The notes under the pieces are model-generated. The model searched no databases, was not told the origin of the DNA, and worked only from the letters and a program-made list of their open reading frames with translations. Shown one piece after another: positions 53,415-62,833 of a stretch of DNA of 64,000 bases. A program made the translations under genes and the position numbers. The DNA is from Andalucia godoyi And28 (Eukaryota; Protista; Jakobida). The DNA is taken from the NCBI GenBank assembly GCA_009859145.1, contig VRVR01000017.1, forward strand, positions 269,428 through 333,427, written 5' to 3'. Position 1 is the first letter of the stretch; each line of letters opens with the position of its first letter.

Positions 53415-54365
53415 ATGGCCAGTATGATATTGAAGAGCATTAGTCCGAATACCACCAAGCTTGGTTTCATCGGAGTCGGTGTGATGGGCCAGTCGATGGC
53501 AGCACACTTGATGAAACATGGATATGCAATGACTGTTTATTCGCGGACTGCATCCAAGTGCGCGGCGCTTGTGGAGGCCGGAGCAAAGCTTGCGCGCTCC
53601 CCAAAGGAGGTCGCTGAACAGTCGGACATCATCTTTTCCATTGTCGGGTATCCGAAAGATGTTGAATCAGTCATGCTGGGGTCTTCTGAGACGGGTGCGC
53701 GCGACGCGGTCATCGATGGAGTGAGGCCGGGATCGATCGTGGTGGACATGACCACTTCAAAGCCGTCGATTGCAAAGAGGTTGCACGAACTCTTCAAGGA
53801 GAAGTCAGTGTTTTCCATGGACTGCCCAGTGTCTGGAGGAGACATTGGTGCGCGAAATGCAGCGCTGACCATCATGTGTGGTGGTGATCAAGAGGTATTT
53901 GATGCACTGGTTCCGGTGCTCCAGTGCATGGGAAAGACAGTGCGACTTATGGGCGGACCAGGCATGGGCCAGGCAACAAAGTGTGCGAACCAAACGATGA
54001 TTGCGTCGACAATGGTTGGTGTTTGCGAGGCGCTGTTGTTTGCACACAAGTCCGGGCTCAACGTAGAGGACGTGATTGCGGTTTTGTCCGGGGGAGCAGC
54101 ACAGTGTTTCAGCTTGACTTCGTACGGACCGAGGATCTTGAAGGGAGACATGAAGCCGGGGTTCTACGTCGAACACTTTGTCAAGGACATGAAGATTGTG
54201 CTCGAAGAGTGCGATCGCATGGGGATCGTCCTCCCCGGCCTTACGCAGGCAAAAATGCTGTATGAGATCTTGATTGCACAGGGCGGCGGACGCCTGGGAA
54301 CTCAGGCACTCATGCTCGCTCTGGAGAAGCTGAACAACATCGAGTTTGTGCCGAAGAATCTGTAA
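53415..54365 (+). CDS. 3-hydroxyisobutyrate dehydrogenase / beta-hydroxyacid dehydrogenase family protein
   Basis: GFIGVGVMG; VDMTTSKP; DCPVSGGDIGA; LTIMCGG; K..NQ; PGFYVEHFVKDM. Confidence 0.92.
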   Translation: MASMILKSISPNTTKLGFIGVGVMGQSMAAHLMKHGYAMTVYSRTASKCAALVEAGAKLARSPKEVAEQSDIIFSIVGYPKDVESVMLGSSETGARDAVIDGVRPGSIVVDMTTSKPSIAKRLHELFKEKSVFSMDCPVSGGDIGARNAALTIMCGGDQEVFDALVPVLQCMGKTVRLMGGPGMGQATKCANQTMIASTMVGVCEALLFAHKSGLNVEDVIAVLSGGAAQCFSLTSYGPRILKGDMKPGFYVEHFVKDMKIVLEECDRMGIVLPGLTQAKMLYEILIAQGGGRLGTQALMLALEKLNNIEFVPKNL

Positions 54366-54563
54366 TATGCTTGATGTTTTTTCCTTCTTTTCTTTTTTTT
54401 TCTTTTTAGGGCATTTTAAACATTAAACAATAGTCATACGAAAATGCAGACTTTAGTCGGAGGATGCAAGAATTGTTTTACTCAATACGCATTCGATGTA
54501 CAGTTTTTCTCTCTTATTCTTTCTTTCTTTCTTTTTTTTTTTTTTGGTGTGTGGAGGCAGCAA

Positions 54564-55772
54564 TCACATTATTCCAGATTCCAGATTCCAGCTGTTGAGG
54601 AGCATATTCCAACAGTAATCGGTGAACGACCAGCCAATCTCAGCAGCGGCCATTGCAACTAGACAGTCCTGCTCTTCTCGGCCGGGCCTTCCACGGCCAG
54701 TCAGGTTCGGTTTCATGTTGAGGTCAAAGAGGAAGAATGGCGATTCTGGCGCGCGGGTGCTTTGTCGAGCGTCTATCCGCAACGGGGCCTTGGGTGCCAC
54801 GATCTGAGCAGCACGGACACATTCTTCGTACAGCGACTTGTAGATCGGATCCTCGTGTGCCAGTGACTTTGGGACGGCCTTGCTGTTTCTGATTACCGGT
54901 ACCTCGCGGTTGGACGGCATAACGCCGTTGACTTGAGAGAACCGCAACACGGCAGGCAAACACCAATACTGCTCCATCGCTGTTTGCTGTCCGTCAATGA
55001 TATATTGGCCGGGGGGCATCACTGTCACAGTCACTTCGTCTCCTTCCAGAAATGGTTCAACCATCAGCGCATTCCCAAACGACCTGTCCTTGATCATGCG
55101 CTGCACTGTTTCCACAAACACTTCGGGTGTGTCACAGCGCACCACCCCGGCACTACCTCGGCCTCGGACAGGCTTCACAACAACTGGGAATGTAAATCCA
55201 CAATCTTGCATTATGTGGCTTTCTGCATTCCAACTATCCACATCCACCAGCGTCGTGTTGGCATGTCGTTCATCCAGTTCGTCCCGCTGCAACGCTTCAT
55301 GCGGCCACAAACTGCTTCGCGATGTGGCTAGAAAAGAAGGTGAGGCACGCACGCCGCACGAAATGAGCAAGTCATTTGTCACTTTCTTGTCGTCGTACTT
55401 GTGCGTAAGGTGGACCGGTTGGCCCACAGCCCGGATGCAGGAGCGATGATGACGCTGGAATTTCTCGATGGGATGTCCATTGAACAAGATGGTGTTGAGC
55501 CACAACACATTTGCACCGCAATCCACGACATGCCGGATAGATTCTTCCGTGTCTGGAAAAGCCCAGTGATCGTCTATTGCAGGATCAGGGTGCGGGGCAG
55601 GAACCAGTACTTTGCATCTATGCCGAGAATGCCGAGAGTGCAATGCAAACGCAATATCCGCACTTGAATCTCGGTATCCACCAATCTTCATTGGCTTCAC
55701 AATCCCATCGATCGCTGGCGGTGGTGCTGCTTGATACAGTACTGCCAGCACAATTTCCTCCTCCGTCTCCAT
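54564..55772 (-). CDS. ATP-grasp (D-Ala-D-Ala-ligase-like) carboxylate-amine ligase of unknown specificity
   Basis: FPVVVKPVRGRGSAGV; VEPFLEGDEVTVTV; RIDAR; FDLNMKPNL; N-terminal GGYRDSSADIA...FPDTE motif. Confidence 0.8.
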   Translation of the reverse strand: METEEEIVLAVLYQAAPPPAIDGIVKPMKIGGYRDSSADIAFALHSRHSRHRCKVLVPAPHPDPAIDDHWAFPDTEESIRHVVDCGANVLWLNTILFNGHPIEKFQRHHRSCIRAVGQPVHLTHKYDDKKVTNDLLISCGVRASPSFLATSRSSLWPHEALQRDELDERHANTTLVDVDSWNAESHIMQDCGFTFPVVVKPVRGRGSAGVVRCDTPEVFVETVQRMIKDRSFGNALMVEPFLEGDEVTVTVMPPGQYIIDGQQTAMEQYWCLPAVLRFSQVNGVMPSNREVPVIRNSKAVPKSLAHEDPIYKSLYEECVRAAQIVAPKAPLRIDARQSTRAPESPFFLFDLNMKPNLTGRGRPGREEQDCLVAMAAAEIGWSFTDYCWNMLLNSWNLESGIM

Positions 55773-56064
55773 CCTCCTCTGGGCCCAAAAAAGAGAAATA
55801 AAAATAATAAAATAAATATAAAAAAACGTGAAAAAAACTGGCAATGCGAACACAACTGTACCGATCGGCACACTTTTGACTGGTGCGCGGAGTGAAACGG
55901 AGCGCTACAGCAAGCGTTTCGGAGAGCGAGTTTTAAAGCACATTTTGTGGGGGGGGTTTTGGTTTTGTTTGGAGATGGTTTCTCTTCTATTTTCTTCTGT
56001 ACGTCTTCGTGTTGTTTCTATTATTGTGTGCTAGATAGTTCGAGAGAAGCAGACGGTTGAGATC

Positions 56065-56970
56065 ATGTCGGTTTCCAGTGCAGACAAGGCGCGCGACTAC
56101 TACAATTCTGCAGATGCGGATAACTTTTACCATGCCATTTGGGGCGGCACAGACATCCACATTGGGATTTACACTGGTTCTACGAACGCGGAAATGCTCG
56201 CAAAGACTGTTTCCGACGATTTGTCTGGGGCTTCGTTTGAAGAGACGATCCACGGAGCATCCCGACGGACAGTTCGTGAGATGGCATCGCTGATTCCTCC
56301 GTGCTTGCTGGACGCAGAATCCAAAAGAGGAAACAAGGTCCTTGATATTGGTGCTGGGTATGGCGGGGCTTCGCGATATCTTGCGTCGGTTCACTCGGTT
56401 CCTGTGGTATGTTTGAACCTTGCTGCTGCGCAAAACACGCGAAACCAAGAGATGAACTATGCCGAGAATCTGCACAGTCTGGTGACGGTTGTCGAAGGAA
56501 ATTTCGAGTCACTGCCGTTTCCGGACGCTTCGTTCTCTGTAGTGTGGTCACAGGATGCCATCCTACACTCGGATAAGAAAGAAAAGGTGTTCTCGGAAGT
56601 ATCGCGTGTGTTGAGGCCTGGTGGAGTGTTCGTTTTTTCGGATATTGTCGCAACGGACCATGCAGATGAAGATCGGCTGAAGCCCTTGCTGCAGAGAATC
56701 CACTTGTCGCAGTTTGGCTCCGACAGCACGTATAAGCGAATTGCATTGGACGTAGGACTAGAGTGGAAGCAAACGAGACCGCTTCCGCAAAACGCACAGA
56801 TGCATTATGCGCGTGTTCGGCAAGAGCTGCGGTCGCGAAAAGCAGCCAACCAACTCGACATCTCGGACGAGTATGCCCTTGGAATGGACAAGGGTCTTAC
56901 GCTGTGGGTAAAGGGATTTGCAGACGGCCACGTATCATGGGGATTCTGGCATTTCCAAAAGCCATCTTAG
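56065..56970 (+). CDS. Sarcosine/dimethylglycine N-methyltransferase-like (glycine betaine synthesis)
   Basis: YYNSADADNFYHAIWGG.DIHIGIY; VLDIGAGYGG; WSQDAILHS; RVLRPGG; RIHL..FGS; HYARV; MDKGL..WV.G....WG. Confidence 0.82.
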   Translation: MSVSSADKARDYYNSADADNFYHAIWGGTDIHIGIYTGSTNAEMLAKTVSDDLSGASFEETIHGASRRTVREMASLIPPCLLDAESKRGNKVLDIGAGYGGASRYLASVHSVPVVCLNLAAAQNTRNQEMNYAENLHSLVTVVEGNFESLPFPDASFSVVWSQDAILHSDKKEKVFSEVSRVLRPGGVFVFSDIVATDHADEDRLKPLLQRIHLSQFGSDSTYKRIALDVGLEWKQTRPLPQNAQMHYARVRQELRSRKAANQLDISDEYALGMDKGLTLWVKGFADGHVSWGFWHFQKPS

Positions 56971-57239
56971 AGGGAGGAAGCGAGAGAACTTCTGTGCTTG
57001 TTTTGTTATTTTTGCCGTTTGCCGTTTGCGGTGCAACCCCGCATTTACCATTTAAAAGAAGAAAAACAATGAAGCCTTTTCCCGTGCGCGGGCACATCTC
57101 TTTGCTGGCACCCTCTCACTTTTCCTCTCTTGCAAAAATAATGTACATAATGTTGTGCGCATGTTCCTTTTGCGCCCCTTGGCATCATCGTCGTCGTCGT
57201 CATTGTCGTCGTCGTCGTCGTCGTCGCCGTCGCTTACTG

Positions 57240-57719
57240 CTACACATAGAATATCCTAACGCGGGCATGGGCAACGACATTGTCAGCGTCCATGAACTTC
57301 GTGTCGATGACGAGGTTTCCAGACAAGACTTCCGCAGGAATCATGTTTTCTCCGCCTTGGGCCTCAACGACTGTTTGCCAAGAATTTGTCGAATTGGGAA
57401 TGACAAATCCAAAATCAAACGTCCACTCCTCAATCTCCTGGTCACCCAGATACACGTGCTGTTCCAAGCGCATCGCCGCCATCAGATCGCGGCTGTAGAA
57501 CTCGATTGTCCGAGACACCTCCAAACACTGGAGGACGCTTGCTGGGATATGTGCCTCGAGTTCCGGCACTGTATTCGACCCGTTGGACACGAACACAAGC
57601 TTCGCAGCATCAAATCCAGCATCCAGTGTTGAATCCCACATAACCTTCCCGCTCTCGCCGTCGTGCATGGACATCCCAACAATTCGAAATGCAACATTCG
57701 GATCGTCCACTTTGCTCAT
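57240..57719 (-). CDS. PDE6D: Prenyl-binding protein PDE6D (GMP-PDE delta)
   Basis: MSMHDGESGKVMW; EAHIPASVLQCLEVSRTIEF; EEWTFDFGFVIPNSTNSWQ; PAEVLSGNLVIDTKF; RIFY. Confidence 0.92.
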   Translation of the reverse strand: MSKVDDPNVAFRIVGMSMHDGESGKVMWDSTLDAGFDAAKLVFVSNGSNTVPELEAHIPASVLQCLEVSRTIEFYSRDLMAAMRLEQHVYLGDQEIEEWTFDFGFVIPNSTNSWQTVVEAQGGENMIPAEVLSGNLVIDTKFMDADNVVAHARVRIFYV

Positions 57720-58049
57720 CTTTGCACCAACAACACCTGCCCACCAGAGCACACGCAACGGCAAAAGCAATAATAATTATTATTATAATAGGAATAGTAA
57801 TAGTAAAACGAAGAAGAAAGAAGCAGCATTAATTTGAAAAAGATAGAAAGGAGAGAAAGAAAAACGTCCAAATAAAGGAAGAGCCCGCAACGGATAAGGA
57901 ATGTCCTTGACATCTTGATGTGTGTGATGTGCGACAAGTTTGACTGATTACAAATTCAAAAACAAAATAAACAATACAGCATACAGGGACAAAGGGAAAC
58001 AGAAAAAAAATCATCGGCCGGACTTTTGAGTTTTTCTGAGAGAAGACCG

Positions 58050-58236
58050 CGCCTACACTGTACGCTAACCCACGGATAATCATCGCTGATCACCCATAAT
58101 CAATGTTGCAGCCCAACAACATGCATAATGCAACGCGGTGGCGTATTTATAAAACGCTTGTGCATGGCGCGTGCCAGTGGGTTTGCTTACGTGCGCTCTA
58201 GATTGCTTCAACATATCGCAATAGATGGCTGCGGTT
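58050..58236 (-). repeat. Dispersed repeat family D, copy 2 (shorter, inverted)
   Basis: Reverse complement aligns with 31370-31455, 31525-31545 and 31645-31723. Confidence 0.85.
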
Positions 58237-58388
58237 TCCGAATTTGCCTGAGCAAACGAAAGCCACCCCGCTTTGTTCTCCAGATTCATGAATGCTGATT
58301 TTCTTTGCATTTGCACTTGGATTTTCTTCTTCTTCTTCTTGTTTTTTTTTTGCGACTGATTTTTCATTAAAAATAGTGGACCAGAGGC

Positions 58389-59951
58389 ATGGGAGAGGAG
58401 TCCTTTCGGTTGCTGTCGAATGATTCGTCTGGTCCAAGGGCTGTGGTTCCGCGGAGTCGAAGGTTTCTTGATTTCATGAATGTGTTCAAAGCGTTTATTG
58501 GGGCGAACTATTTGACGACATCGTTTGCGTACTCGCAAGCTGGATATGCATTGGGGGCAGTTGGTATGGTTCTCGTTGCATGGCTGACGGATTTCTGCTG
58601 TGCGCTGATTGTTGATTGCAAAAAGTTTGTATTGGACGATCTCGAGCGCAAACGCGCATATGAATCATCATCGGCATCATCATCATCATCGTTGTCGTCG
58701 TCTGGTGCAGGTATCGCGGCATCTAGGGGGATGATGACGGTGATGGGTGATCTGGGCAAGTCCAGCCACCCGTCTTCGCGCAAGGATGCAACTGCTGCAT
58801 CAACGACTGACAGCATAAACACCGAATACTCGGCTGTGGATGAACGGGAGGCACTGGAAATGACGTTCACGTACGAGGATGCAGCACGTGCGGCGTACGG
58901 AAAATGGGGTGTGCGCGTCACAAAGTCCGTGTTGTTCTTCACACAGTTTGGATTCTGCGTTGGGTATTTTATCTTTTTGGGCCAGGTTCTTCATTCGCTG
59001 CTTCCAGACGTCAATATATTGTTATGTGTTGCAATGCCCTTTCCTTTCTGTCTTGGATTGTCGCTTGTGAAGGACATGAGGAAGTTCTCTGGAATTTCCA
59101 TGGTTGCAAACATCTGCGTGTTTTCTGGTTATGTTGTGGTGCTGATCGTGTGCGGATACCACATCAACCAGCAGCTGCACGGATCCGAGAGCAAGGCACA
59201 CATTGTCCCTGCAAAATGGAGCACATTCCCGGTGTTTCTGGGAATGACTGCCGGCGCATACGAAGGCATTGGATGCATCATCCCGATCGAGTCGTCCATG
59301 AGAGAGAACAGAGGCGCATTCCGAAGTTATCTGCACGGAGCTGTCGGGCTGATGACAGTGATCTTGGCCACTTGCGGATTGCTCGGCTACGGCGCATACG
59401 GAGATGACACTGCCCAAATCATCATTCTCAACTTTGACAATTCCGCGGGCTACGTCAAGGCGTTACGTGCAACTCTGTGCATTTCGATTCTGGGCACGTT
59501 TCCTATGCAGTTGTTCCCCGCAGTGCAGATCGTCGAGCTGTTCATCAAGAAGTGGGCTTCGAGACGGCGACCGTCGTTGATTGCAAAGATCTCGCACTCG
59601 TCATTTGTCGACGAGGACGAAGATGGCGACGATGATGATCGAAAGTACGCACTGATGGATCTGCCAATATGGCTGCAAAACATCATCCGGGTCGTCATGG
59701 TCATTGTTGCGTGTGGACTCGGACTCGCATTCCGAGACTACTTTGCGTATTTTGCTGCCATTGTCGGTGCGATTGGTGCCTCCTCTCTGTCGTTCATCTT
59801 ACCGTGTCTGTTCTACAACAAGCTCGTTCCGGAGTCGAAGAGAACTCGCGCTGCGGTCATTCGAAATTATGCTATTGCAGTAATCGGCATCGTCGGCGGA
59901 CTCGGTGCCGTTGTCATTGCCCTGTCCGCGATTGTGGGTGCCGACTTATAG
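58389..59951 (+). CDS. Amino acid transporter, AAAP/SLC36-SLC38 family
   Basis: FKAFIGANYL; QFGFCVGYFIF; YEGIGCIIPIESSM; GLLGYGAYG; FPMQLFP; LSFILPCLFY; about 11 TM segments. Confidence 0.92.
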   Translation: MGEESFRLLSNDSSGPRAVVPRSRRFLDFMNVFKAFIGANYLTTSFAYSQAGYALGAVGMVLVAWLTDFCCALIVDCKKFVLDDLERKRAYESSSASSSSSLSSSGAGIAASRGMMTVMGDLGKSSHPSSRKDATAASTTDSINTEYSAVDEREALEMTFTYEDAARAAYGKWGVRVTKSVLFFTQFGFCVGYFIFLGQVLHSLLPDVNILLCVAMPFPFCLGLSLVKDMRKFSGISMVANICVFSGYVVVLIVCGYHINQQLHGSESKAHIVPAKWSTFPVFLGMTAGAYEGIGCIIPIESSMRENRGAFRSYLHGAVGLMTVILATCGLLGYGAYGDDTAQIIILNFDNSAGYVKALRATLCISILGTFPMQLFPAVQIVELFIKKWASRRRPSLIAKISHSSFVDEDEDGDDDDRKYALMDLPIWLQNIIRVVMVIVACGLGLAFRDYFAYFAAIVGAIGASSLSFILPCLFYNKLVPESKRTRAAVIRNYAIAVIGIVGGLGAVVIALSAIVGADL

Positions 59952-60701
59952 ACGATTTCCAAGAGGAGACAAGTAAACAAGAAGCGTGGAAAGCGGCACC
60001 AGAATGTTATCGATTTCTCGGGGCGAGCACGCTTCAACCACTGTGGCAAGCGCGCTTGCAACTACCAGGAAAGGCAGGCTGTGGAGTGCCGCGTCACCCC
60101 CAAACATGAACGCCACATTCCCTGCCGAGCCAAGCACTGAACCAAGGAGCATGAATGCAGAGCCTTCCAGCGTCTTGGTTTCCACAATGCGATATGGATG
60201 ACGACCGAAGTAGCATCCTCCAACAGGTGCCAATCCATCTCCCCATGCAAGCACGCCCATAAGAACCGCACCAATGATTGTATCAAACGCGAACACCCCG
60301 ACCGCGATCATGAGGAGCGTGAAATACAAGGGTCCTTTAAGCAGCTCAGCAGGATGGCCGGATCGACACACGCTGCGCACCAATGGATCACAAAGGACTT
60401 TCACCGGAATTGATTCTCGTCTTGCCTGGTTCACATACGGCAGTCCTTTCATACAGAAAACCACAGAGAACATCGCAGGGACAACGATGTTGAAAATCCA
60501 CGAAAAGCCATCATCTTTTGAAAAAAACGGGTGCGAAAGTACCCAGGTGCCAGCAAAGACATGCACCAACTTCCGGGACAAAAACACGGGAATCACATGC
60601 TTTGCAACGAGAAAATCCAGACCTCCAAGAATCGCTTTGACATACGCTACCGTGCAAGCCGCAACAGCCACATTCAGCCAAAACGGAGACATCCCCTCCA
60701 T
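59946..60701 (-). CDS. Phytol/farnesol kinase-like integral membrane kinase (CTP-transferase-like family)
   Basis: SRKLVH; ELLKGPLYF; WGDGLAPVGG..FG; KTLEGS; IDNILVP. Confidence 0.88.
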   Translation of the reverse strand: MEGMSPFWLNVAVAACTVAYVKAILGGLDFLVAKHVIPVFLSRKLVHVFAGTWVLSHPFFSKDDGFSWIFNIVVPAMFSVVFCMKGLPYVNQARRESIPVKVLCDPLVRSVCRSGHPAELLKGPLYFTLLMIAVGVFAFDTIIGAVLMGVLAWGDGLAPVGGCYFGRHPYRIVETKTLEGSAFMLLGSVLGSAGNVAFMFGGDAALHSLPFLVVASALATVVEACSPREIDNILVPLSTLLVYLSPLGNRL

Positions 60702-60959
60702 CGTCAATCGTCTCACGCAGTCTTTCTCAGTCTCGGTGCAATGGTTTTATTCCTCCGTGTTTGCGGCAGTGCTAAATACAACGTTTCCCAGCATGAAAAA
60801 AATAATAATAAACGTCTCAAAGCAACTCGATGCAGGAGTCAATTGACACAAAGTACTCTGGTGCAAGTCTTCAAAAAATAATAACAACAATCATAATAAT
60901 CCAAAGTCTCCAACGTAAAAATAAAAATAAAATAAAAAAAGCTGAGGTCTCTAACCGCT

Positions 60960-61542
60960 CGCCAGAATCATTATTGGTCATCGGCTAAGCTGTCACATCC
61001 AAGCCACATGTTGTTATTTGGGACGAGCACCACCTCTTCAGTGCGGTCAAGGGGTCATCGCAACGAACATATTCCCGAATCGATTCAACATTCAATAAAT
61101 GAACGTTGAAGGAAGCCGGCGGCGTTGCACATCGCTGCACCCTCTTGCTCTCTGACTTGAAAGCGCATTCCGAACGCGCAATCGACCACATCTCCGTGAT
61201 TTGATGATCATCCGCTTGCTCAGCAAGTTGCGACGAGAGGGGAATCAACGGGTTTCTTGGTTCTCGGTGTCTTCGGGCATGGCCTCGGATTGAGTTTGTT
61301 GGGAAGATCCCTCTTTGGAGCCATGAGACGCTTTGTCTTTGTCTCGGATGAAAGATGCTGCGTGAGGGTTCGATAATAAAAGACAAAACAGAAAAGAATA
61401 ATAGAAAGAAAAGAAACGTGGAGACTGAAGACATTCGAGACTTGACTACGGTAAGAGCATCGCGTCCCCATTGAGTTGGATGAACACAAACTTCCGGTAT
61501 GATGTTTTGTTTGCTTGACATTCACGAACCAAATGATCAACC
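60960..61542 (-). repeat. Dispersed repeat family C, copy 3
   Basis: Aligns with 29155-29762. Confidence 0.92.
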
Positions 61543-61651
61543 GTATCAGTACGTTTTGAATGCTGCATGCTTATTTCAGGTGGTGTGAGTGACTCGTAGG
61601 GTATACTGATTTATTGATTTAATTAATTAATAATATTATTTTTGCGGAAGA

Positions 61652-62248
61652 ATGTCGAATATAGCAAGTCTAGATCGGACGATTAAAGATTTGTGGGCTC
61701 GTCGAGAGCGGGTTGCAAAAGAGGTTGTGCGAGATGAAGACGAGCTGTGTACGGTGAATCGGGAAATTGCACAGCTACGAGAACGCATGGATGCATTAAG
61801 AAAAAAGGCTGTTGTTCGAGAGGCGTTGCATTCGAAGATGGTGGATACACAGAAACGAAGCATTGCGGAATTCAAACAGATCAACCAGGATTCAATGGAG
61901 CTCAAGCACAATGCGAATTTCAAGAGTGTGAAGTCCATGGGCTCGTTCATTGATTCGCAAAGGGATGGACGGGCAGTTGCACTGACGCCCAGGCTTACGT
62001 CCAGAGCAAAAGACCAGATGGGCTCTACGTTCAACATGACTGCATCACGGTCTGCCCAGGCCCATCGTCACGATGACCACGATCTGTCGATGGCCGGCAG
62101 CGCGACTGTGAGTTCAGCATCGACGTCGCGGCTCAACGTTGGGTCTTCATCAAGAGCGGACTCGGCAAACTCTACTCCCCGCAACACCCATAAGACCAGT
62201 CAGGAACGGCTGTTTACCCCGCGGATGACGACCCCGCGGAAATCTTAA
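61652..62248 (+). CDS. Coiled-coil protein with an SSNA1/DIP13-like N-terminus and a Ser/Thr/Arg-rich tail
   Basis: IKDLWARRERVAKEVVRDEDELCTVNREIAQLRERM aligns in register with the recalled SSNA1 sequence [36 protein letters not shown]. Confidence 0.55.
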   Translation: MSNIASLDRTIKDLWARRERVAKEVVRDEDELCTVNREIAQLRERMDALRKKAVVREALHSKMVDTQKRSIAEFKQINQDSMELKHNANFKSVKSMGSFIDSQRDGRAVALTPRLTSRAKDQMGSTFNMTASRSAQAHRHDDHDLSMAGSATVSSASTSRLNVGSSSRADSANSTPRNTHKTSQERLFTPRMTTPRKS

Positions 62249-62278
62249 TCCAGCCCTCGTTCTCCCTCTTCCTTTCTC

Positions 62279-62280
<2 letters not shown>

Positions 62281-62322
<42 letters not shown>
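62281..62322. repeat. (CAT)n microsatellite
   Basis: Seen directly. Confidence 0.9.
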
Positions 62323-62548
62323 ATTTGTAGAGTTTCTCCCTTGAATGTGTTTGCCTCTCCTCGTGTATTTATTTATTTATTTTAATTTTGAATATTTTTG
62401 TTGCGCATGTACGTTATTGTTTTGCATTCGACTGTTGTTCAATAGAGTGGATATAAACAGTAGGATTTCAGACGTAGTTTACTTTCTCATCATCCTTCGC
62501 CTATATTGCATACTGAGCATCGCGAATCATTTGCTGACCATCCATACT

Positions 62549-62815
62549 CAGTCTTGCGCCGGAACCAAAGGTGAATTCAATTCAGAAACGGGGAGGTCAG
62601 GCCCTCCCAGTACGAGGAAGCGTTCTTCCAATTGCTGCGGCGCGTACCATTTTTCCAATCTCGATGCAGCCGTGTGCCAGACATGACAGGCAAGGCAAAC
62701 ACAGCACGAGATCGCCAGAGGAACGCAGGATGGTGAGGCGACACATTTCTGATCTTCCCAAGGGTTCAAATTGCAGGGCACTTTTTAGTCTTAAAGCCCT
62801 CCCTCTTGGCATACT
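62549..62815. repeat. Dispersed repeat family A, diverged copy 3
   Basis: CAGTCTTGCGCCGGAACC...GTGAATTCAATTCAGAAA...GCGTTCTTCCAAT...TCTCGAT aligns gap-free with 13157-13310. Confidence 0.85.
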
Positions 62816-62833
62816 GGAAAAAACGAAAGGCCC

